DNA of 64,000 nucleotides from Lineus longissimus (GCF_910592395.1 NC_088308.1:1736001-1800000), one strand, 5' to 3'; positions 30,101 to 39,860 are shown, counted from the stretch's first letter. Notes: generated by a model from the sequence alone, not told the origin. Numbers and translations: made by a program.

Positions 30101-33100
30101 ACACATGTTATTATAGTCTCAAGATTCTAGGATACAGTCGCAAGAAAATGTTATCTGTCGTGCTGAGAAGATAGTGAAAGAGAATTACAAGTTACTACCA
30201 GTTATCAAAGAATATCTGACCGAGTCGATCACTATCGACATTGTTGTCAGAGTAAAGAGAAAGATTTAACTCAACATGCTTCTAGATATTTTTATGTCAA
30301 TATTTCAGCATGTGGTGTAGGCTACAGATGGAAAAAGGGAAAATGCCGCTGTAAGTTGTATACTAATCTAGAAATCAAACACCTCTGATCCAAAAAAAAC
30401 CTAACTGGTAATGCAGCCACCTGGCCCAAACTCTTGACTTTTCGAAATAAAGAATTGATAATGCGGGTGAGGTAACAACAAGAGCATGTTTGGTTTCCTA
30501 AAAGGGTCCTACAGCACCTAAAGTCCATTTGGCCTAAACAGTTAGCTACATTTACTTTGCCAGTAGAAAAAAAGAAGTCTTGCTGACTGAACAAGCTCGA
30601 CCTTATTTTCTGATTGTCTTTCACTTTGTAGTCTACAAATGCCCATCTGGTTATAAAAAAGTTCGGACTGGCATATGGAGACGGAGGACAATCTGCAGGA
30701 AAAAAGGTGCGTTTGATTTTATTTTTTCTCTTTAAATTTCTTCCCATGCTTCATAGATTCGTTTTACCTACATTTTCATTTAGTAAAAATGTTCTTTGAC
30801 CTGCTTAGAAGAAAGGGAAAGGGAATCGACAGTTACTACCAGTAATCAATGTATATCTGACCGAGTCGATCACTATCGACATTTGTTGTCAGAGTAAAGA
30901 CAAAGATTTAACTCAACAGGCTTCTACAAATTTCTATGTCAATATTTCAGCATGTGGTGTGGGCTACAGATGGAAAAAAGGAAAATGCCGCTGTAAGTTG
31001 TGTACTAACCAAGAAATAAAGCACTTCAGATCAAAACAAACCTAACTGGAAATACAGACACCTGGCTGAAACTCTTGACTTTTCGAAATAAAGAATTGAT
31101 CATGTGGGGGGAGGTAAAATACAACAAGGGCATGTTTGGTTTCCTTAAGAGGTATTATTTGCAGCCAAAATCCATTTGGCCTCAGGTACATTTACTTTGC
31201 CAGTAAAAAAATGAGAAATCTTGCTGACTGAAGAAGCTCGACCTTATTTTCTGATTGTCTTTCACTTTCTAGTTTACAAATGCCCATCTGGTTATAAAAA
31301 AGTTCGGATCGGCATATCAAGACGGAGGACAATCTGCAAGAAAAAAGGTGCGTTTGATTTTAATTTCTCTTTGACTTTCTTCCCAAGCTTCATAGATTCG
31401 TTTTACCAACATTTTCATTTAGGAACGTTCATAGAGGACTATTAAGGACTGGGCCGTGTCCACTACCTTTATAATGCGTTTTTGCTATGCTGGTTTATAC
31501 TGCATTCTCGCCTGTCTAATACCCACACTTGCTATAGTCTCAAGATTCTAGGACCCCGTATGAAAATTATTTTTGCAGCACTTGGACGCTGCGTTTGTAG
31601 GGGTGCCGGAGATCCCCATTACAAGACATTTGATGGCCAGACCGTCCATTTCCAGGGCGTGTGCAAGTACCTCCTGTCACAGACGACCAAGCAGATTGAT
31701 AAGTGCTCTTACATTGTTCTCGTTGAGAATGAGTACCGTAAGAATAATCGGGTTTCATATACAAGCTCTGCCGAACTGCAGATGCCCGGCGGCATCAAAA
31801 TAAAACTGGATAAATACTATAACATATACGTAAGTTATGTACGGAGGTTGGGTAAGGACACCCCATGATTCTTTATTTTTAATATAAAACTTTTATTCCA
31901 GTAATATCTCGATCGATGGACTTATTATTATCTCGAGATAAATACTTGAGTTTTTCGATCGCATGAGAAAAACTATTTTCGTGTTAAAGAAAGTCATATG
32001 CTGTCCTTTCCCAGCCACCCCAGTCATACTTTTAGTTATCCTCAAAATAAATACCAATGCTAATCTGCTGTAATATCTAAAGCAGACAAATCAATTTTGC
32101 TTGATCTTGATCTCTGAGGTCCTGACATACTCAATTTGCTTGATTTATATTGATTGCTCTGACCGAAAATGAGATTTTCTACATCTTTTTATTCCTTGTT
32201 TTTATGCAGAAAGACGGAGCAAAGGAGAACTTTCCTCTCGATGCAACCAGTATTAATGGCGTGAACGTAAAGGCTCGTCTCCGTGGGAAAACTATGACGA
32301 TAACTGTGACGGAATGTGGGATTACCCTGACCTACAAAAACAGTCACATGGTTTACCTTAAAGTGGACAGCAAGCGTTATGGTGGTAAAGGAAAGCTTAC
32401 TGGCATGTGCGATGACTGTGACGGAGTTAAAACACCAACGGCAAAGATAGACTTCAACAATTACAGGGTGAATGGGTAGGTTTGATTTCTTTTTCGCTTG
32501 CATTATATAACGAAATCTAATTGATGATTGAGAGAGAATATTAGTCTCAATTTTGAAACTGAATTACAGCGAATGTATGATTTTAACATTTGGAGTTAAA
32601 ATTATCTCTTAAATCATGTTCCCATGACAAACCATATTGGTCGCCGTTTTCACGAAGTGGCCAGGCAACAAAGTTTGAAGTGTTGATGAGAATTGGTCTT
32701 ATGACGAGAACATGTTTACAAAAACCATTTGGTAAAAAATATGTCACGAAATAGGTGCTGACCATAGATAGGTACCACCATTTTGGCTAGCAATTGAAAT
32801 CCTAGAGCACTTAGAAGTTCTTCAAAATAAGTGAATGCCCATTTAAAACATGGTAGGCTGCTCTCTGGGAAACAAGGAACGGACTGCCACCCTTGAAACT
32901 GGCACTCACTTCGTTTTGAAGGAGTTCTAATTGCTTTAAGATTTCAAGTTCCAGCCAAAGTGGCGGTACTTATGGTCAACCCTTAACTTATCGCCATATC
33001 TGGGTCGCCTAGGTGTGGAACGTCGATGGCTATTCGGCTGTGAATAAGTAGAATATAACTTCGGTCACTGGTTGTAAATTTCTAGGGGCCTCTTGGGGTT

Positions 33101-36100
33101 TCAGACTTCAAAAACGTTTGGAGTGAACGCCCGAGGTCAAATCCATATGGATCTGTTGTATACAAAGTTGTACATTATATAAATAAGGTACAGCCCATGT
33201 AACCTTCTAGGTGCAAAACTACCTCTGCATCAGCCACAGCCGTCCCAGTCGATGAAAATAATTGCAATATGCCCCCGCCCGACAAGACGAAACATGGCCA
33301 TTGGGCTCAATTGTGTAGACATTTTTTTACGATGGATTACTTGTCCTTTCAGAAACTGTAAAATTGCACCTGCTAATCCAAAATGTCCAAAAACTAAAAA
33401 ACGCATCCTCATGCGAAGCTGCAGCATCATCCAAAAGAAGAATGGACCATTCAAGAACTGTATAAAAAAATTGAACGTATGGAAGGCATCCATCGAGAAC
33501 TGTATCTTCGATTCCTGTGAATTCTTCACACCCGCGAAAACCCGTAGGAGAGCCGTGTGCCAGTCCATTGAGGCTTTTGCGCAGAGATGCAGACAGAATG
33601 GTTTCCCATCTAGCACTCCGTGGAGAAAGAGAAACTTCTGCCGTGAGTCTTTCTCTCAGTCTCACAAACATCTTTGCAATGATTGTTAAAAACGAATAAA
33701 CCAGTGCACAGCACATTGTTAAGTAAGGGTAGTTGTCTCTCTCGTAGTCTTGATGGGGTGGGGAGCACTAAGTCAGTTTTTGTTCCAAATTTGACGGTGA
33801 CAATGCGAGAAAATGAAAAGCTGCCTGAAAAACCTATGTTATACCAGGACGCTTCCACGCCTCTTCCCTAAGCATGAGAGTGAATTTATACTTGAATCCA
33901 ACTATTTGTTCCCAATTTAATCATGTTCCATCGATTAGTAAAACTATATACAGTAATTGTTTTAAATCTGACTTGACTCTTCCATCCTGAAGCAATGACC
34001 TGTCCAAAGAACTCGGTTTACAAGAGAAGGATGAATCCTTGTCAGCCACGTTGCCCATTGCCTCGAACCGTGAAGCGCCGTATTTGTAAGCGGGTGAAAA
34101 GAAGTAAGATGGTCGAAGGCTGTAAATGTAAGAACGGTTATGTACTGAGTGGAACGGCCTGTGTCAAAAAGAAGCTCTGTGGTTGCTATATTGTAAAGAG
34201 AGGCAGAGTTGTTCACTATATGAAGGTATGTTAAATGTATACATATTTTACTGCCATGAGCAGGCTCAGTTGATGTTTGGCTATAAACATTTCCCAAAAG
34301 TAAATCCAATGTAGGCCTGAAAACCTGACCAATGCAATGTACATCAAGTTCTCGTTGTCATTTGGTGCGGTCCAATGGCCGCGGTGCTGAAATGTACACG
34401 ATATATATACAACACCTAATCAGAGATGATGTGTACAAATTTTGGACACTTTTTGTCCGTCCACCTCATAGACAGGTTTGTTTTTTTTCTGAATATCGCA
34501 TCACTTTGTCCGATCTATTTATTCGTACGCGATGTCGTTCATGCATAACTAATTTTGGTTGTCGTATTCGCAGTTAATCTGGCAAATGGAAGGGGTGACG
34601 GATGATTACATAATGCGCTGTTACCCCTGCTGCCTGCCTGAACGACTGCAAAAGTAATCACTTTGATTAGTTATTCATGAGCGAAATCGCGTACGAATAA
34701 AATGATATTGCCTTTGACCATAGATCGTGTAAATCATACTTGCTTGTGACGAAAAAACTTTTATTCAATGCTGATTTACTGACTTTTATCTCCCAGAAAG
34801 GACAGTTTAGGGTGTCCAGCAACTGTAAGTGGAGGTTTACATGCCGCAACGGTAAATTTAAAAGGTATCGACAAAAAGCCTGTCACAGGTTTGCCACTTG
34901 TAAAGTGAACAACATCACGCATAGATACGGTTGCAATTGCAAGTCTGGATACTATGGAAACGGATTCAAATGCAGTTAGTATCATTCTTCGACTCTAGTG
35001 TTATTTTCAGATGTTGCCAGTACCAAGCAATTAGCTGCTGGTTTGAAAGAAGCGTAACACATTTTCCCATAATGATGGAACTAAACCCCGAATGAATAAC
35101 TAAATGCAACCATATGTATTCTCACAGACATCAAGTATTTCTATGCATTGCTCTCCTGTAAATTACCATTTCGGCGGGCATAACCAGGTGGTACCTGATG
35201 TACGCAATATATTTGTTTTTTCTTGCTCACAGTTCGTTGTACTAGATTCTGATGTACATGATAAAAGTTTCATCCCTAAAATCACTTTTTATCACTTCAG
35301 AGAAGAGCTGCCGTAAACTAGGAGGTCGTTGTAGCCTATCGTGTGGATCTAAATCTGGATTCCTTGGGAAACGAAACTGTGGTTCGAAACGCACGTGCTG
35401 CAAAAGTAAGTATCAAAGGTGATGGACGTCACGTGCAGCCACGCCTTTGGTCCCGAGGAATAGGAAATAAACAGCTCGGACCAACGCGCGACTAACAAAG
35501 GTTTAACAGCGAAAGCCGCCCATCAATAACCGCTCAGTGACAACCCACTCCGCTACGCCTATTCCCAAATACAAACCGGAGGAAAAGGGGCCCTACGTGC
35601 TTTAATGAAGTCATCTCTTTGAAATAGACGAGAGAGACAAAGTAAAACAAAGCCATATGCAGTTTAGACGCTAGGTTTGCAGAAGGCCTATATCACATGT
35701 AATAGACCTATGAAACAGACGCACCAAAACCTGCTAAATAGCGTCTACACAGAACGTACATGTAAATCAGAATGTGAACACCCGCACTTCAAACATAGAA
35801 GAATTGGGCAGCCACAATATGGACAAATTGAAATAGAAGCTTTAGATTAATGCAAGTAGATTACATTTTGGTGTCAGTTGTTTTATCAAAACAGTTCAGT
35901 ATTGATTGAAATGTAGTGATTTTCCTGCTGCTGCACCAAAAATGCCCTAAAACATGCTAGATGTCATCGTTCTGGTAAATGTTATCTTGGTCCCGCTGAC
36001 TAATTGCCTCCAATCGATGTACAGACGAGAAAAATATGTCTGGCAGATAACTGAAATACCGATAACAAATTTGTTCTTGTTATTATTCAGATTTGAGTAA

Positions 36101-37217
36101 GTAAGAAAATAAAATCGGAGAAGTAAAATTGTTGTAGACAAATACGAGTTGGAACCTTTTAGAGTAGTTATCAGCGAGTCACTCTTTTAGATATGACTCC
36201 AAGTCTTATTAATGTTCACTTATAACAGTAACATTACACGGAGGATTTCTAACGACCATGTTATAATAAGTGTTGGACACACAAACATTTCTTGGATTTT
36301 CAAGTGCTCCAACCATGTTACCATAGACGGTACATGTACACGGCGGCGAAACGATCTCCTGCAATTCACATGTTTAGCTCGGACCATTTGAGTTTTGGGA
36401 CAATTTGCAAAAGTGACGTGGTCAAACATTACTTTTCCGCGACATCTACCGCAAAGGGGAAACGCCCTCGTAGAATTTTGCAGAATCTTTCTTTATCATT
36501 TGTAAGTGCTTTGTAAGTGACCAATTTCGTTTCTTTTTTACAGAAAAAACATGCAGGCAAGTAGGCGGAAGATGTCGCAACAAGTGCCTCACACGTGGAC
36601 GCTATCTCGGCAGATTTGGCTGTAAGAGGATGTGCTGCAAAAAAAGCAAGTATCCAAAGTGATGGACTTCACGTGCAGCCACGCCTTGGTCCCGAGGAAT
36701 AGGAAATAAACAGCTCGGACCAACGCGCGACTAACACCGATGTCCAAGCCTTTCGGGCGGGAGGGTGTTTTTGTGAACAAAGGTTTAACAACGAAAGCCG
36801 CCCATCACATGTAATAAACCTATGAAACAGACGCACCAAAACCGGCTAAATAGCGTCTTCACAGCACGTACATGTGAATCAGAATGTGAACACCCGCACT
36901 TCAAACATAGAAGAATTGGGCAGCCACAATATGGACCAATTGAAATTGAAGCTTTAGATTAATGCAAGTAGATAACATGTTGGTTTCAGTTGTTTTATCA
37001 AAACAGTTCAGTATTGACTGAAATGTAGTGATTTTCCTCCTGCGGCACAAAAAGGCCCTAAAACATGCAATATGTCATCGTTTTGGAAAATGTTATCTTG
37101 GTCCTGCTGACTAATTGCCTCAAATCGATGTACAGACGAGAAAAAATGACTGGCAGATAATTAAAACACCGATAACAAATCTGTTCTTGTTATTTTTCAG
37201 ATTTGCCGAGAAAGTGA
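153..37217 (+). CDS. Partial multi-exon gene for a giant polycationic Cys-rich repeat protein with C-terminal VWD-C8-TIL-EGF-like and two beta-defensin-like domains (FCGBP/zonadhesin/mucin D-assembly-like)
   Basis: 84 array exons plus 9 downstream exons join in one frame with compatible phases: 42x(42+75 nt), then 31579-31829, 32210-32475, 33353-33642, 33993-34225, 34797-34974, 35301-35405, 36091-36096, 36544-36645, 37201-37217. No start codon or signal peptide in the window. The last three exons are less certain. Confidence 0.8.
476..550 (+). CDS. Array exon B, unit 1 (representative of 42 copies): (F)YKCPSGYKKVRTGILRRRTVCRKK, 75 nt, phase 1-1
   Basis: Polypyrimidine acceptor tctttcactttgtag|TC and donor AAAG|gtgcgt. 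Unit 2 copy is 1242-1316. Confidence 0.85.
31273..31347 (+). CDS. Last array exon B (unit 42): (F)YKCPSGYKKVRIGISRRRTICKKK
   Basis: Acceptor ttcactttctag and donor gtgcgt. The terminal G plus CA of exon 31579 gives Ala in frame with the VWD domain. Confidence 0.88.
31579..31829 (+). CDS. VWD domain exon 1 (ALGRCVCRGAGDPHYKTFDG...YYNIY)
   Basis: Classic C-x3-GDPHYxTFDG...FQGxCxYxL von Willebrand D motif. Acceptor ttttgcag, donor gtaagt. Confidence 0.92.
32210..32475 (+). CDS. VWD domain exon 2 (KDGAKENFP...LTGMCDDCDG...NYRVNG)
   Basis: LTGMCDDCDG resembles the VWD C-terminal xCGLCGN(F/Y)DG motif. Acceptor tttatgcag (phase 0), donor GG|gtaggt (phase 2). Confidence 0.88.
32760..32978. mobile_element. 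Imperfect foldback / MITE-like inverted repeat in an intron
   Basis: Left arm gaccat..ggtaccaccattttggctagcaattgaaatcctagagcacttagaagttcttcaaaataagtgaatgcc is the imperfect reverse complement of right arm ggcactcacttcgttttgaaggagttctaattgctttaagatttcaagttccagccaaagtggcggtacttatggtc. Arms are about 80-90 bp. Confidence 0.65.
33353..33642 (+). CDS. C8 domain exon (NCKIAPANPKC...GPFKNC...ENCIFDSC...AVCQSIEAFAQRC...WRKRNFC)
   Basis: C8 signature GPFxxC, CxFDxC, CxxxxAxAxxC and WRxxxFC. Acceptor cctttcag, donor gtgagt; phases 2 and 1 match the neighbouring exons. Confidence 0.9.
33993..34225 (+). CDS. TIL domain exon (PMTCPKNSVY...PCQPRC...EGCKCKNGYVLSGTACVKKKLCGC)
   Basis: TIL pattern CPxNSxY...PCxxxC...EGCxCxxGYVLSGxxCVxxxxCGC as in FCGBP/zonadhesin. 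Donor gtatgt. Confidence 0.9.
34797..34974 (+). CDS. TILa/EGF-like exon (KGQFRVSSNCKWRFTC...ACHRFATC...YGCNCKSGYYGNGFKC)
   Basis: EGF-like CHxxAxC...CxCxxGYxGxGxxC. Acceptor tcccag, donor A|gttagt. Confidence 0.85.
35301..35405 (+). CDS. Beta-defensin-like exon 1: KKSCRKLGGRCSLSCGSKSGFLGKRNCGSKRTCCK
   Basis: Cys spacing C-x6-C-x3-C-x11-C-x5-CC. Acceptor cacttcag, donor gtaagt, phase 1-1, in frame with the EGF-like exon. Absent from the ORF track. Confidence 0.78.
36091..36096 (+). CDS. Candidate 6-nt micro-exon (Asn-Leu linker)
   Basis: ttgttcttgttattattcag|ATTTGA|gtaagt; frame-preserving; paralogous to the candidate terminal exon at 37201. Confidence 0.4.
   Translation: M
36544..36645 (+). 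CDS. Beta-defensin-like exon 2: KKTCRQVGGRCRNKCLTRGRYLGRFGCKRMCCKK
   Basis: Cys spacing C-x6-C-x3-C-x11-C-x3-CC. Strong acceptor tttcttttttacag. Ends at a non-canonical GC donor (gcaagt) or reads through to SKYPK-stop. Confidence 0.75.
37201..37217 (+). CDS. Candidate terminal exon (N)LPRK-stop
   Basis: Acceptor ttcttgttatttttcag, in-frame TGA, and AATAAA at 37486-37491. Confidence 0.45.
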
Positions 37218-38911
37218 GAAAAGAAAACCGGAGAAGTAAATTGTTGTAGACAAATACGAGTTGGAACCTTTTAGATTAGTTATCAGCGAGTCACTCTTTT
37301 AGATACGACTCCAAGTCTTATTAATGTTCACTTATAACAGTAACATTACACGGAGGATGTCTAACGACCATGTTATAACAAGTGTTGGACACACAAACAT
37401 TTCTTGGATTTTCATACGACTAAATGCGTTCTAATACCGTGACTTTTGTCGATTAAAAACTTCCCTGGACAGCATTTATTGATGAAATAAATGGTTGATT
37501 ACTCTAAGATGAAATACAGGAATTTTTGTGCAAAACGCATCAGAATTCAGGATTAGTCTCTCGTAAGCTGTGATAACTTCAAATGCACTTTGAAGCGTTG
37601 TAATCGATCATCGTTCACATGCAAAACATTACACCTTACCTTTCTTGTTTTCCGATCTAGAACAACATCTTTGTTCTTCGTTCATGTCTCCTCACCGCCC
37701 GTGAAAGAATTTTGAGAATACCCCATGTCTTCATAGTTTTGGAATGTTTAAGTCGTGTTAGTGGTGTTATAAAACTTGCCAACACTTGTAATTGCGCAAC
37801 TAGTTTGCATCCCGTGTACAAGACATAGTAGAATGTAGTAAAGCATCACAAAAAGTAATACCTCTTCGTGTTCCTTCTTATTCATATCCTTGCCAAGTGG
37901 GATGTGTGGCAAGACTGCAGGGTGTCTGCACGCATTTCGGTGCAAAGTTATGATGATGACCAGACATGTTTCGCATGATTCAAAGTATGGTTCTGGCCAA
38001 AGGTACTCAGTTGAACTCAGGAATGTGACAAGATCACATTTATCAAAATATAGTGGTGTTGCACAACACTAAGATCATCCTCAGGGAAGGACGAACAAAT
38101 GCTCTGCCGCGGTGTCAACAAAAGCTGGTCAATTTGTCCGAGGCAGTTGATAAGAGGAATGCAGACAAAATCACTCGGGCATGTATGAGAAAGAACCCTG
38201 TCTCTTTAGCATTGGACGAGACATGCCACAGACATCCAGAGGCATATTTTGGTAAGAAAGACATACAATTACTCCCATGACATTCAAACTTGTCCTCGAT
38301 GCACCCCATCTCCACCTAAGTAAGGCTAGGTATGGGGTTCAACCATATCCCTGGGCCCTAGTGTGTATTGTCGTTGTTCTCTATGAGATCCGACACCTGT
38401 GGATAGTCAGGGCAATAGCGGTCTCGATCATGTTCGGGTTGCGACCTGGGAGATACCTAGATGCTACTTCGTGTCCCCAGGTGATTACTTGACGAAATGC
38501 ATGTATTCAATGTCAATTCCTGGCTAGGTTAATGGGAATTGTTTGGGTGATCCGAATATACCTCAGCAGGTATGCACCATCGTCAGACAAGAGGCGAGAT
38601 CTTTCCCAGCCACTCGCCCACCCATTGGTTGGTGCATGGCCGGATCTCTACATCTTGTTGCAATTCCTGGCTGGACCAATGGGTTGCCGAGTGACCGAAG
38701 TTGGTTGCTCCTTCGTCTCTCCTGTAGCCGCCAATGCCACAAGTAGAAACGGCGAAGATAACTGGTGGCAAGGCCGATGTACCAGTTTTAAATGTCCCCC
38801 GGAAAACTGTCATTACTTCTTGGTTGGTGACAAATTGGGGTATAGTTCTATTCAGAGCCGTCAATACTTGACGATAGAACGCAAACTGCTAACCGTATCG
38901 TTCTTGACTGA

Positions 38912-39041
38912 GACATTGGGTGATATGAATAAAGACTAGCAAATGCTTTTATCTAAAACTCCATGTACATTTGCACTAGGCCTTTCTATACAAAATTGAA
39001 GTAAAAGCATTTACTAGTCTTTATTCATATCACCCATTGTC
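38912..39041. repeat. 40-bp inverted repeat (2 mismatches) with a 50-nt loop; each arm contains AATAAA on its own strand
   Basis: gacattgggtgatatgaataaagactagcaaatgctttta (38912-38951) versus taaaagcatttactagtctttattcatatcacccattgtc (39002-39041). Confidence 0.9.
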
Positions 39042-39860
39042 AAGCATCACCATGCAAAAATCAACATGCGACACAAAACAGAGGCATTGTTTACTGCTCT
39101 ATATAGTCGTTTATTGCAAGGGAAAGTACACAGTGAACTTTAAAGAAAAAAGGAAAATGTTTTTATCACTGAGATACACACACTGCTCGGCTTCAATATT
39201 AGTGTCAAGTCATTTTCAGTGACAAAACAATCCAGACTTTTAAAACAAAAGTGGTCAGAGTTGATAATTTCCATAGTTATATTGTCCTTCCAATGAGGGA
39301 GACTGACCTTCAGGCACTAGCTACAATGTTTCAACGACTGACAAATGGCGTACTATTTCTTTCATGGTCGCCATAAGTGGAATGAAAAACGTTTCAAATG
39401 TAACATGCAAGTTACAGTCGGAAAGGCTCAACCTACGAAACGCTACGTTTTGAGTAGAACTCATACTCGCTGCCTAATGTCGCCGATGAAAACATTTTCA
39501 AACTTAACAAAAACTAAAAAATTGTTTCATACTGGTGGCAAGGCAAATGTTGTGATCCTTTTACATGTTGGTTCAATCAGCGTCCAGATAACTGAGAGTC
39601 AACGTCCTTTCTTACTGATGATACTGTACTTCCAATCGGCTCATCATTATGAACCTTGCAAAAATTAAGTTAAGATAAAATAATATATACACACGGCCAT
39701 CTAAATTTGACTACGTCCACTTGTAGGAATCACTAATCACAAGGAAATATCCATACGTTATGACGTCATTCGCAAAAAACAATGACGTAGACCAAACGGT
39801 CTAGAATTAGGTGCACTCCTACATGACAGGTTGATGATTGATGGATCAATTAAATCAATG

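Larger units (their letters stand above)
1..31430 (+). repeat. Tandem array of 42 units (mostly 766 bp, with 641, 767 and 769 bp variants), continuing past the left window edge; each unit holds two coding micro-exons
   Basis: Near-identical sequence recurs with a 766-bp period (ORF-track starts 3405, 4171, 4937...). Shorter 641-bp spacings follow units 2, 3, 11, 17 and 41. The last unit (30.9-31.4 kb) is diverged. Confidence 0.98.
35390..37414 (+). repeat. Local direct duplication: ~35390-36302 versus ~36630-37414
   Basis: Long shared stretches such as gtgatggac..cacgtgcagccacgcc, cacccgcacttcaaacatagaagaattgggcagccacaatatggac and gactccaagtcttattaatgttcacttataacagtaacattacacggaggat, with a few indels. 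Confidence 0.92.

Noticed and set aside
551..30174. Repeated 77-aa plus-strand ORFs (MRLILFFLF...)
   Set aside because: The start GTG is the intron donor gtgcgt. The ORF is wholly intronic and absent from short-intron units.
343..30747. Repeated 120-142 aa minus-strand ORFs (MRNTSKRKNK...)
   Set aside because: They use non-ATG starts in a eukaryote, have no recognisable domain, and are broken or truncated in several units (1, 16, 22, 28 and the 120-aa variants). They are antisense shadows of the array.
1..31430. CRISPR array, rDNA/5S, histone or snRNA/spliced-leader cluster interpretation of the array
   Set aside because: No unique spacers and no recognisable rRNA, tRNA, snRNA or histone sequence. 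The spliced two-exon model explains the structure and joins the downstream domains in frame.
37750..38910. Somewhat GC-richer intergenic stretch with several short ORFs (possible decayed gene or transposon)
   Set aside because: No frame gave a motif I recognise and stops are frequent. A blastx or Dfam search is needed.
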